Under the pieces are notes generated by a model. It had not been told where the DNA came from and did no database searches. It was given only the letters and a program-made list of their open reading frames with translations. A stretch of 42,788 nt of DNA. Origin: Candidatus Omnitrophota bacterium. GTDB taxonomy: Bacteria; Omnitrophota; Omnitrophia; Omnitrophales; Aquincolibacteriaceae. The stretch lies in contig JBFHCO010000002.1 in NCBI GenBank assembly GCA_041585205.1, positions 1-42,788 on the forward strand, read 5' to 3'. The translations under genes were made by a program, and so were the position numbers. Below are positions 19,520-27,545 of the stretch, piece after piece; the first letter of the stretch is position 1, and the number at the start of each line of letters is the position of its first letter.

Positions 19520-20092
19520 ATGGCGGATCCGATCGAAGTTAAAAAGGCGATTGACGAAACGGAAAAGAAGATGCTGAAAACCGCGGAAGTCACGAAACGG
19601 GAGTTTCAGAACATCCGCACGGGCCGCGCGTCGATTGCGCTGGTGGAAGGGCTGCAAGTGGATTATTACAATACGCCGACGCCGCTCAAGGGCCTTGGAA
19701 GCATTTCCACGCCGGACGCAAAGACGATCGCGATCCAGCCGTGGGACCCATCCGTGATCAACGATATTGAGCGCGCCATCCTCAAATCGGATTTGGGTTT
19801 GACGCCCATCAACGACGGCAAGGTGATCCGGCTGCAGATTCCGCCTCTCACCGAGGAGCGCCGCGAAGAATTAACCAAAGTGGTGCGTAAAGTCGCCGAG
19901 GAAGGCCGCGTCTCCATCCGCAATGCCCGGCACGAAGGTGTCGACCAGATTAAAAAAATCGAAAAGGCCAAAACGATTCCGGAAGACAAGTCGTTTGCCT
20001 GTCAAAAAGAAATTCAGAAAATTACGGACAAATATATTGCGATGGTGGATGAGGCCTTGAAACACAAAGAGTCTGAAATCCACACCATCTGA
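19520..20092 (+). CDS. frr: Ribosome recycling factor
   Basis: GGGAGG RBS, FQNIRTGRAS, IQPWD and LTEERR.ELVK motifs, and gene order after pyrH. Confidence 0.95.
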   Translation: MADPIEVKKAIDETEKKMLKTAEVTKREFQNIRTGRASIALVEGLQVDYYNTPTPLKGLGSISTPDAKTIAIQPWDPSVINDIERAILKSDLGLTPINDGKVIRLQIPPLTEERREELTKVVRKVAEEGRVSIRNARHEGVDQIKKIEKAKTIPEDKSFACQKEIQKITDKYIAMVDEALKHKESEIHTI

Positions 20093-20177
20093 TCGTTCCG
20101 GCGTTCCCGCGTTGCAGATCTCGGATGAGGCAAGGGAATAGCCTTCGCCGTTCTTTCTCTAATATGTGTATTAATGT

Positions 20178-20324
20178 GAGCCCGTAGCTCAGTCCTGACT
20201 TCCGCAGATTTTTTAGGGGAAGTCAGGGCAGTCCCGCCTACCCATAAAAGATCCTTTGGATCTCAATAGGACAAGCGGGGCAGCGAGGTAGAGCACGCCC
20301 GTCAAGGGAAGGGTTCAATATCGC
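20178..20324 (+). pseudogene. Degenerate duplicate of the downstream tRNA-Lys gene, interrupted by a 94-nt two-hairpin insert
   Basis: GTGAGCCCGTAGCTCAG (20176-20192) is identical to 20352-20368, and GGTAGAGCAC (20287-20296) is identical to 20371-20380. The anticodon and T arms are decayed, and no 3' acceptor strand (CGGGCTC) follows. Confidence 0.55.
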
Positions 20325-20353
20325 TTTGTTCTTTCATATCTGACATTATACGT

Positions 20354-20426
20354 GAGCCCGTAGCTCAGCTGGTAGAGCACCGCCCTTTTAAGGCGGGTGT
20401 CGACGGTTCGAATCCATCCGGGCTCA
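20354..20426 (+). tRNA. tRNA-Lys (anticodon UUU)
   Basis: Manual cloverleaf: acceptor GAGCCCG/CGGGCTC, D stem GCTC/GAGC, anticodon stem CCGCC/GGCGG with loop CTTTTAA, T loop TTCGAAT (one A-C mismatch in the T stem), discriminator A. CCA is not encoded. Confidence 0.85.
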
Positions 20427-20610
20427 CACTTTTTCTAAATGAAAAAGTGTGGCGCCGTCGCGACTAAGGAAGTCGCGTACGACGTCTGCCCGCGCGGAGA
20501 GGAACATCAAGTTCCTCCCGAGCATCGATTGACGAAGTATGATCGACGAGTGACGAATTAAATCACCCTTTGCGCTCGTCAATCTGCATTCATCCATCGT
20601 CAATTAATAC

Positions 20611-20685
20611 GTCCCCATCGTCTAGGTTGGCCTAGGACACCAGATTTTCATTCTGGCAACAGGGGTTCAAATCCCCTTGGGGACA
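20611..20685 (+). tRNA. tRNA-Glu (anticodon UUC)
   Basis: Acceptor GTCCCCA/TGGGGAC, D arm GTCT...AGGA as in bacterial tRNA-Glu, anticodon stem CCAGA/TCTGG with loop TTTTCAT, T arm AGGGG-TTCAAAT-CCCCT. Confidence 0.9.
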
Positions 20686-20775
20686 CTACCTTTTCTTAGC
20701 GTCTTTTAACTTTACACAAGCCGTTTGATTGTGCTAACTTATCCTAACTCTTAACTTCAAAAGGAGAGCTCCGCC

Positions 20776-21312
20776 ATGGCGAAAAAAAACCGGGAAGAAA
20801 TCGAAGAAAAGATACTCGATGTCGATGCAAGCATGCAGGGTACGATTACTTTTAAAGACCCTGTGAATCTCCGGATTAATGGCAGTTTTGAAGGGAAGCT
20901 CGATACACGCGGCAATCTCACGATCGGCGAGAACGCCAAAGTGAAGGCCAGCATCAACGGCGACCGTGTCATCATCGCCGGTAAAGTCACCGGGGACGTC
21001 ATCGCGACTCAAAGTGTTTCTATCATCGCCCCGGCCGTGATCCAGGGCAATATTACATCTCCTAAACTGAGCGTCACCGAAGGTGCCGTGCTGGAAGGGC
21101 AGATTTCGATGATGAGCCAGCGCCAAACCGATGATCCGGGGGATGTTTCTTTGACCTTGAAGGATGTTGCCCAATATCTGGAAGTGGAAGCGAAAGTGGT
21201 CGAAGAGTGGGCTAAGAATAAGCGGATTCCCGCCCACCAGGAAAACGGCAACTGGATTTTCTCAAAATCCGCGATTGACCGTTGGATTCAGGAAGAAAAC
21301 GTCCGCGTTTGA
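20776..21312 (+). CDS. Bactofilin-domain protein fused to a C-terminal excisionase/MerR-type (HTH_17-like) DNA-binding domain
   Basis: AAGGAGAG RBS. Residues ~21-112 show the bactofilin beta-helix repeat pattern (INGSFEGKL..., IGENAKVKASINGDRVIIAGKVTGDVIA..., ITSPKLSVTEGAVLEGQI). Residues ~126-173, LTLKDVAQYLEVEAKVVEEWAKNKRIPAHQENGNWIFSKSAIDRWIQE, match the excisionase-family HTH pattern. Confidence 0.75.
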   Translation: MAKKNREEIEEKILDVDASMQGTITFKDPVNLRINGSFEGKLDTRGNLTIGENAKVKASINGDRVIIAGKVTGDVIATQSVSIIAPAVIQGNITSPKLSVTEGAVLEGQISMMSQRQTDDPGDVSLTLKDVAQYLEVEAKVVEEWAKNKRIPAHQENGNWIFSKSAIDRWIQEENVRV

Positions 21313-21416
21313 GCCAAGGAGTCGCGGATTTTTTAATCGGTCGGCCGCCGTTTTTCTTGTTGTTGCCTCGTCCGAGTCTTGTCCAGACCGCCATTCTTTT
21401 TTAGAGGTTCTAGTGC

Positions 21417-21713
21417 ATGAACAATATGCTCACGCTTGAGGAAGTGAAACATTTCCTCGAAGTTGAAGAGGATGAAATCGAAAACTTTCTGAAAATCGGA
21501 AAGTTGCACGCCTATAAAATCGGTGGCACGTATCTGAGGTTCCGCAAAGAAGATGTCATGAACCTCCGGTTTGAAGTGCAGCCGCGTAAAATCAAAACCG
21601 CCCCGAATTTTTCGCTAGCCTCCCGCATCTTGGATTTTTGGAAGTTCAATAATTTTTATATTCTGTCCGTCGTGCTCGCGGGACTGATTCTTTACATCAT
21701 ATTCGGACGGTAG
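21417..21713 (+). CDS. Excisionase-type HTH protein with a C-terminal transmembrane anchor
   Basis: LTLEEVKHFLEVEEDEIENFLKIGKLHAYKIGGTYLRFRKEDVMNL is paralogous to the HTH of the upstream gene. The C-terminal hydrophobic helix is FYILSVVLAGLILYIIF. Confidence 0.65.
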   Translation: MNNMLTLEEVKHFLEVEEDEIENFLKIGKLHAYKIGGTYLRFRKEDVMNLRFEVQPRKIKTAPNFSLASRILDFWKFNNFYILSVVLAGLILYIIFGR

Positions 21714-21724
21714 ATCGGCGCGCC

Positions 21725-22105
21725 GTGAAACTACTCCAAGGGACCGACATCACCGACGTTCGGCGCATCCGGGAATCCATTGAAAAGCACGGCGAGCGTT
21801 TCATCCGCCGCATCTTCACGCACGCCGAGCGTGCTTATTGCGAATCCAAACGTATGAAATACGAACATTATGCCGCTCGTTTTGCCGCGAAGGAAGCCGT
21901 CATGAAAGCGGTCGAAGTGAAGCGCAAGGATCGCTTCCGATTCCGCGAAATCGAAGTGAAGCGCCAACCCACCGGAAAACCGCAGATTGTTCTATCCGCC
22001 ACAACCCGCAAGCGTTTCGGCCTGCCCGCAAAATACCAAATCGAGCTGTCCATGGCGCATGAACGCGAATTCGCCATTGCCACGGTCCTGCTGGTTCTAC
22101 CCTAA
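21725..22105 (+). CDS. acpS: Holo-[acyl-carrier-protein] synthase
   Basis: GTDITDVRRI, FT..E, RFAAKEAVMKA, GKP and SMAHEREFAIATV motifs. GTG start. Confidence 0.9.
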   Translation: MKLLQGTDITDVRRIRESIEKHGERFIRRIFTHAERAYCESKRMKYEHYAARFAAKEAVMKAVEVKRKDRFRFREIEVKRQPTGKPQIVLSATTRKRFGLPAKYQIELSMAHEREFAIATVLLVLP

Positions 22106-22110
22106 AGACC

Positions 22111-22893
22111 ATGTCACCCGCACGGCGCATCTTGATCGTGAATGCGGATGATGCGCTTCTCACACCGGCTGTTACGGAGGCTATTCTCTGTTGTCATGAC
22201 GAGGGGATTGTTTCAAGCACGACCTGTCTGGTGAACCTGCCCTTGGATGAACGCGCTCTCCGCGGGCTCAAAAAACGCAAACATCTCGGCCTGGGCCTTC
22301 ATTTGAATATTACACTGGGCCGGCCGCTCTCGCCGGTTCGTAAGGTGCGGTCGCTTGTCAATGCCGAACATATCTTCCGGCGTCCGGATGTGCAACTTGA
22401 ACACAGGCCGAAGGCGCAGGCCGTCCGGATTGAATACGAAGCGCAAATCAAACGGTTTCAAAAACTGTTCGGCCGTCTGCCGACGCATATCGACACGCAT
22501 CATCAGCTGCACGCCGACCCGTTTTACGCCTCAATTTTTGCTCTTGTGGCACAAAAATATAAATTACCCGTGCGCCGTTCCGCTGCCTTGGACGGTTTTA
22601 AAGCGAAACATTCGCAGGCGAAGCTCAAAACCACCGATTATTGGTTCGGAAATTTGAGTCCGGAGCGGTATTGGCGTCCGGATGTACTCGATTCTGTGTT
22701 AAGAAACTTGCCTACGGGTGTGAGTGAAATCATGTGCCACCCCGGAAAAAATGACGCCGCTTTACGCCGCATCAGTTCGTTTCAAGAGGGGCGGGCAGCG
22801 GAGTTCCGTTTATTCCGCGCGTCCGAACTCAGAAAACGATTACATGAAGGCGGCATCTTATTGAGCCACTTCGGATTGTGTTATACTAAATGA
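22111..22893 (+). CDS. YdjC/ChbG-family carbohydrate deacetylase
   Basis: LIVNADDALLTPAVTEAI..GIVSSTT N-terminus with metal-binding Asp, H.DTHHQLH and MCHPG motifs. Confidence 0.8.
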   Translation: MSPARRILIVNADDALLTPAVTEAILCCHDEGIVSSTTCLVNLPLDERALRGLKKRKHLGLGLHLNITLGRPLSPVRKVRSLVNAEHIFRRPDVQLEHRPKAQAVRIEYEAQIKRFQKLFGRLPTHIDTHHQLHADPFYASIFALVAQKYKLPVRRSAALDGFKAKHSQAKLKTTDYWFGNLSPERYWRPDVLDSVLRNLPTGVSEIMCHPGKNDAALRRISSFQEGRAAEFRLFRASELRKRLHEGGILLSHFGLCYTK

Positions 22894-22941
22894 AGAAAAA
22901 AAGTGGCTTAGAAAACAACTTAACCCGATAAGGACGGTTGG

Positions 22942-23709
22942 ATGAACATCTTACTCACGAATGACGACGGGTTACACGCGCCCGGGCTGCAGGCGCTCAA
23001 GAAGATGCTGGCCGAAACCGAAAACGTGCTCGTCGCCGCGCCCGCCAATGAAAAGTCAGCTTCCAGCCATTCCATTTCTCTCGGGCAGAAGCTGCGCGTC
23101 GAGGAAATTCACGACCAACAGAAAAATTTGCGCCAATTCGCCGTGCACGGCACCCCGGCTGACTGCGTCAAATTTGCCCTTTCCGAACTCAAAGATTTCA
23201 AGCCGGACTTGATTGTTTCGGGCATCAATCAAGGTGCCAACACAGGAGTAAGCGTTTACTATTCGGGCACGATTTCCGCCGCGCGCGAAGGCCTGATCAA
23301 CCATGTGCCTTCCGTGGCCGTATCTTTATGCAGTAAAACTTATGCCGATTTTTCAGCGGCACTGACTATCACGCGCAAAATCACGGACGGCTATGCCGCC
23401 GGATTGTTCGCCAGAAACGTGCTGCTGAATGTCAATGTCCCGCCCCTTGTCTGGGCGGATATTCGCGGCGTTAAAATCACGAAGCAGGCTGCGTCGCGCT
23501 TTATCGAAGAATTTATCCATACCAAGCAGCATGACGGCAAGCGCGTGTACGAACTGGCAGGTGAAATCGAACTTTACGAGCAGGACGGCACGAGCGACGA
23601 AGAAGCGATTTCGGACCGTTTCATATCCATCACGCCGCTCAAATTGGATTTGACCGATTACGAAGCCATGACAGCGTTAAACCAGTGGCTCGATCAGCAG
23701 CCGGGGTGA
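22942..23709 (+). CDS. surE: 5'/3'-nucleotidase SurE
   Basis: MNILLTNDDGLHAPGL, SGINQGAN and YSGTISAAREG motifs. Confidence 0.95.
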   Translation: MNILLTNDDGLHAPGLQALKKMLAETENVLVAAPANEKSASSHSISLGQKLRVEEIHDQQKNLRQFAVHGTPADCVKFALSELKDFKPDLIVSGINQGANTGVSVYYSGTISAAREGLINHVPSVAVSLCSKTYADFSAALTITRKITDGYAAGLFARNVLLNVNVPPLVWADIRGVKITKQAASRFIEEFIHTKQHDGKRVYELAGEIELYEQDGTSDEEAISDRFISITPLKLDLTDYEAMTALNQWLDQQPG

Positions 23710-23754
23710 TGCGAATCGGCTTGAGGTAGCCACCTGACATGAAGGAGGTGCGGC

Positions 23755-25239
23755 ATGGCCAAGCGCTACGCGAATCTAATCGGGGGTAAATGGGTTCAGT
23801 CGGTTCACGGTTCGACTTTTAAAAATTTCAATCCTGCCAATACACAGGATATCGTCGGTATTTTTCCCGAATCGGGACCGGACGACGTCGATAAGGCGGT
23901 ACAGGCCGCTGAGGCTGTCTATCCCAAATGGCGCCTTGTCCCACCGCCCGTGCGCGGTGAAATCATCCTCAAAGCGGGCCTGCTTCTCAAACAAAATAAA
24001 GAGCGCCTCGCGCGGCTCATGACGCGCGAAATGGGCAAAATCCTCAAGGAAACGCGCGGCGACGTTCAGGAAGCGATTGATATGGCTTATTACGTGGCCG
24101 GCGAAGGCCGGCGCCTCCTGGGTGATACGACCACGAGCGAACTGAAAGAAAAATTCGCTATGACGGTGCGCATGCCCATCGGTGTTTGCGGCCTGATCAC
24201 GCCCTGGAATTTTCCGATCGCGATTCCTTCCTGGAAAGTATTTCCGGCCTTGATTTGCGGCAATACGGTGGTTTTCAAACCGGCTGAGGACACACCAGCT
24301 TCTGCCTGTGAATTTTTTGCGATTTTAAAAGAGGCCGGGCTGCCCGACGGTGTCGCGAATCTCGTCAACGGCGGCCCCAAAACGGGCGAGACGATTGTCC
24401 ATCACCCGCGCATCCGGCTGATATCTTTCACCGGTTCCTGCGAAGTGGGGCGCCTCGTGGCCGAGCATTGCGGCCGCGCCTTGAAACGCTGTTCGCTTGA
24501 AATGGGCGGTAAGAACGCCCAAATTATTTTGGCGGATGCCGACATGAAACTTGCCTTGGAAGGCGCGGTATGGGGCGCCTTCGGCACGACGGGCCAGCGT
24601 TGCACGGCCACAAGCCGCATCTATGTCGAGAAAAAAGTCTACGCACCCTTTCTCAAGACCCTCATCAGCAGGGCCAAAAAGATCCGTATTGGGAACGGCC
24701 TCTTGCCGAGAACCGATATGGGACCGATTATCAATGAAGCTCAATTTAAGCGCGTGCAATCCTATGTCGCCTCCGGCATTGAAGAAGGAGCCACGCTCCA
24801 TTGCGGCGGCAAACCGGCGAAAGGTAAAGGCCTCGCGCACGGTTATTTTTTCCAACCCACCGTTTTTACGGATACCGAACCCACCATGCGCATTGTGCGC
24901 GAAGAAATTTTCGGGCCAGTCGTGTGTGTGATGCCGGTTAAAGACTTGGAAGACGCCATCGGCCAGGTGAATAATACAACCTACGGTCTTTCCACCGCGC
25001 TTTATTCGCAGGATGTTAATAATGCCATGCGCGCGATTCGCGATATCGAAGCCGGCATCACTTACATCAACAGTCCGACAATAGGCGCTGAGGTGCATCT
25101 GCCTTTCGGCGGCGTCAAGAACACCGGCAACGGCCACCGTGAAGCGGGGGAGACGGCACTCGATATTTTCAGCGAATGGAAAAGCGTCTTCGTGGATTAC
25201 AGTGGAAGACTGCAAAAAGCTCAAATAGATGTCGATTAA
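23755..25239 (+). CDS. NAD(P)-dependent aldehyde dehydrogenase family protein
   Basis: GAAGGAGG RBS, PWNFP, FTGS..VG, catalytic Glu in LEMGGKNA, catalytic Cys in GQRCTATSR, EEIFGPV. Confidence 0.9.
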   Translation: MAKRYANLIGGKWVQSVHGSTFKNFNPANTQDIVGIFPESGPDDVDKAVQAAEAVYPKWRLVPPPVRGEIILKAGLLLKQNKERLARLMTREMGKILKETRGDVQEAIDMAYYVAGEGRRLLGDTTTSELKEKFAMTVRMPIGVCGLITPWNFPIAIPSWKVFPALICGNTVVFKPAEDTPASACEFFAILKEAGLPDGVANLVNGGPKTGETIVHHPRIRLISFTGSCEVGRLVAEHCGRALKRCSLEMGGKNAQIILADADMKLALEGAVWGAFGTTGQRCTATSRIYVEKKVYAPFLKTLISRAKKIRIGNGLLPRTDMGPIINEAQFKRVQSYVASGIEEGATLHCGGKPAKGKGLAHGYFFQPTVFTDTEPTMRIVREEIFGPVVCVMPVKDLEDAIGQVNNTTYGLSTALYSQDVNNAMRAIRDIEAGITYINSPTIGAEVHLPFGGVKNTGNGHREAGETALDIFSEWKSVFVDYSGRLQKAQIDVD

Positions 25240-25242
25240 GAA

Positions 25243-26571
25243 ATGAGTCCCATGAGACCACGGATTAAACGCCCGCTGCCCGGACCGAAAACGCGTAGGA
25301 TTGTCGCGCGCGACCGAGCGATCCTATCACCTTCCTTCACGCGCTCCTATCCTTTTGCCATGCACCGCGCCCGAGGTGTTTGGGTCGAAGATCCGGACGG
25401 AAATGTCTTTTTGGATTTCACGGCCGGCATTGCTGTCACCTCAACCGGCCACAGTCACCCCAAGGTCGTGCATGCCATTCAAAGGCAAGCCGAGCAGTTT
25501 CTGCATATGTCGGGCACGGATTTTTATTACGACGCGCAGGTCACGCTTGCCGAAAAACTTGCTGCGCTCGCGCCCGGTAAATTCAAAAAACGTGTCTTTT
25601 TCACGAATTCCGGCGCAGAATCGGTGGAAGCCGCGATCAAACTTGCCCGCTACAAAACCAAACGCGAGCGTCTCATTTCCTTTTTCGGTGCTTTTCACGG
25701 CCGAACGCTCGGCGCCCTTTCGCTCACCGCAAGTAAGGTTCAGCAACGGGAATATTTTGGCGCGCTCATGCCCGGTGTTACGCATGTCGGCTACGGTTAT
25801 TGCTACCGCTGCCCCTACAATTTGACGTTTCCGGAATGCGGCATCGATTGTGTCGACTACATTGAACACACGCTCTTTAAAAAAACCGTGCCGCCCGAAG
25901 AAGTTGCCGCGATTATTGTCGAACCCATTCAAGGGGAAGGGGGCTATATCGCCCCGCCGCCCGGCTATCATCAGCGATTGCGCGCGCTTACCAAAAAATA
26001 CGGCATTTTGCTGATTGTCGACGAAGTGCAGGCCGGCATGGGGCGCACCGGCAAAATGTTCGCGATTGAGCATTGGAAAGTGGAACCGGACATTATTACT
26101 TTGGCCAAAGGCATTGCTTCCGGCCTGCCCCTCGGCGCCATGATTGCGCGCGCGAATTTAATGGATTGGGAGCCGGGTGCGCATGCCAATACCTTCGGCG
26201 GCAATCCGCTCGCCTGCGCGGCCGCGCTGGAAACCATCCGATTGCTTGAAACGAGACTGCTTACAAACGCTCAGTCCGTCGGCGCCTATTTCAAATCAGA
26301 ATTGGAACGGATGGCCGGTAAATATCCTTTAATCGGGGATGTGCGCGGTATCGGACTCATGATCGGGATTGAGCTCGTGACGGACCGTGAAACAAAAAAA
26401 CCGGCCGTCAAGGAACGCAACAAAATCGTGGAATTGGCCTTTCAAAAGGGGCTGCTGCTTTTGGGCTGCGGGGAGTCGGGCATCCGGTTTTCACCGCCCC
26501 TCGTTGTGACAAAAAGAGAAGCAGCTCTCGCGATTAAAATTTTGGAGGCTTGCTTCGAAAAATTAAAATAA
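25243..26571 (+). CDS. Class III PLP-dependent aminotransferase (4-aminobutyrate/acetylornithine aminotransferase-like)
   Basis: GHSHPKV, TNSGAESVEAAIKLAR, DEVQAGMGRTGKMFA and TLAKGIASGLPLGA (PLP lysine) motifs. It starts 4 nt after the ALDH stop. Confidence 0.9.
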   Translation: MSPMRPRIKRPLPGPKTRRIVARDRAILSPSFTRSYPFAMHRARGVWVEDPDGNVFLDFTAGIAVTSTGHSHPKVVHAIQRQAEQFLHMSGTDFYYDAQVTLAEKLAALAPGKFKKRVFFTNSGAESVEAAIKLARYKTKRERLISFFGAFHGRTLGALSLTASKVQQREYFGALMPGVTHVGYGYCYRCPYNLTFPECGIDCVDYIEHTLFKKTVPPEEVAAIIVEPIQGEGGYIAPPPGYHQRLRALTKKYGILLIVDEVQAGMGRTGKMFAIEHWKVEPDIITLAKGIASGLPLGAMIARANLMDWEPGAHANTFGGNPLACAAALETIRLLETRLLTNAQSVGAYFKSELERMAGKYPLIGDVRGIGLMIGIELVTDRETKKPAVKERNKIVELAFQKGLLLLGCGESGIRFSPPLVVTKREAALAIKILEACFEKLK

Positions 26572-26580
26572 TCGGAAAAC

Positions 26581-26778
26581 TTAACGGGCGATTTGGCCGT
26601 CGAGGGTTTCAAAAACGATTGTGACGAGATTGTGGCATTTGGGACATTTGATTTGCTTGAAAGCCTGAATGTTGTCGTGTTTCGGGCGGTACATAATCGA
26701 AAGGATTTTCGTCACAAAGTTATTCTCTTCGCCCGACCATTGGCAACCTGAACATGTGTACAAAGGCTTCACTTCCAT
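26581..26778 (-). CDS. Small zinc-ribbon protein (65 aa)
   Basis: ATG at 26778 preceded by GGGAGA. CSGC...CPKC four-cysteine ribbon. The longer 126-aa ORF version would overlap the divergent gene at 26921. Confidence 0.5.
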   Translation of the reverse strand: MEVKPLYTCSGCQWSGEENNFVTKILSIMYRPKHDNIQAFKQIKCPKCHNLVTIVFETLDGQIAR

Positions 26779-26920
26779 ATGTCTCCCGGTTTCTGGACCG
26801 CGTGTATATGGAAAGATCGGCTTGGAAAGATAAAACTTTACCGAAAATAATGATATATGGTATGTTTCTTGAATATAAACGGCTTTAAAAACTGATCCTA
26901 TCAACATACAGGAGTTCCGC

Positions 26921-27253
26921 ATGAAGCGCCTACTAGGAATAGTTATTGTGGTTTTAAGCATGACTTTATATGCGCCGCAATCCGTTCATGCCGAAGAAAC
27001 GTATTTTGAGCGGCTGCCGCAAACCTTCGTGCGCGGTATCCGCAATGTCCTGACGTCTCCGCTGGAAATCCCGTACCGCGTCGGTGAACATCACAACAGT
27101 AGCCAACGGCCGATGTTCAGGGAAATGGCCGGCTTTGTACACGGTCTATTCGGCTTTGCCACGCGCATTTCCAGCGGTGCCTGGGATATGGGCATGGCCT
27201 TTCTTCCCGGTTTTCAGGAAGGTATTCCGCCGGACCCCGAGACGATTTATTGA
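26921..27253 (+). CDS. Small exported protein resembling the exosortase-system-associated TIGR04073 family
   Basis: AGGAG RBS and a signal peptide ending VHA. The pattern RG.RN....PLEIP ... G...G....R...GA.D ... P is as I recall for TIGR04073; not verified by search. Confidence 0.5.
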   Translation: MKRLLGIVIVVLSMTLYAPQSVHAEETYFERLPQTFVRGIRNVLTSPLEIPYRVGEHHNSSQRPMFREMAGFVHGLFGFATRISSGAWDMGMAFLPGFQEGIPPDPETIY

Positions 27254-27263
27254 CAGTCTTGCC

Positions 27264-27291
27264 TTGAAAAATCCGCATATTCCGCTAAGAT
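27264..27291 (+). promoter_or_regulatory. Putative promoter upstream of tRNA-Ala
   Basis: TTGAAA (27264-27269), a 16-nt spacer, TAAGAT (27286-27291). This would give a ~170-nt structured leader before the tRNA. Confidence 0.3.
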
Positions 27292-27469
27292 GGCCCCTTT
27301 CGGCACGGCATTCTAATTAATAGAGTCATTGGCCGGCCCCCTGGTGGGGAAGGTGGGATTGAAATAAACATTAGTGTTTGATGGGCCGGCTCTATAGGGC
27401 CGCTTGAGATGTGGGTTGCGCGGTAAAATAAGCGGTACGTATTCATTGTTTTTTGTAAGCAGAGTTCGG

Positions 27470-27545
27470 GGGCCGGTAGTTCAGTTGGGAGAACGCTACA
27501 ATGGCATTGTAGAGGTCAGGGGTTCAACTCCCCTCCGGTCCACCA
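27470..27545 (+). tRNA. tRNA-Ala (anticodon GGC), with CCA encoded
   Basis: Acceptor GGGCCGG/CCGGTCC with the G3:U70 alanine identity pair, D stem GTTC/GAAC, anticodon stem CTACA/TGTAG with loop ATGGCAT, T arm AGGGG-TTCAACT-CCCCT, discriminator A followed by CCA. Confidence 0.9.

Noticed and set aside
20178-20324. The first tRNA-Lys-like copy as a functional intron-containing tRNA
   Set aside because: The insertion is in the D-loop, not the anticodon loop. At 94 nt it is too short for a group I intron. The anticodon and T arms do not pair, and there is no 3' acceptor strand, so no cloverleaf can be completed.
26779-26961. The long (126-aa) version of the minus-strand zinc-ribbon ORF
   Set aside because: It would overlap the start of the divergent gene at 26921. 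The internal ATG at 26778 has a GGGAGA RBS, and the conserved-looking ribbon lies entirely downstream of it.
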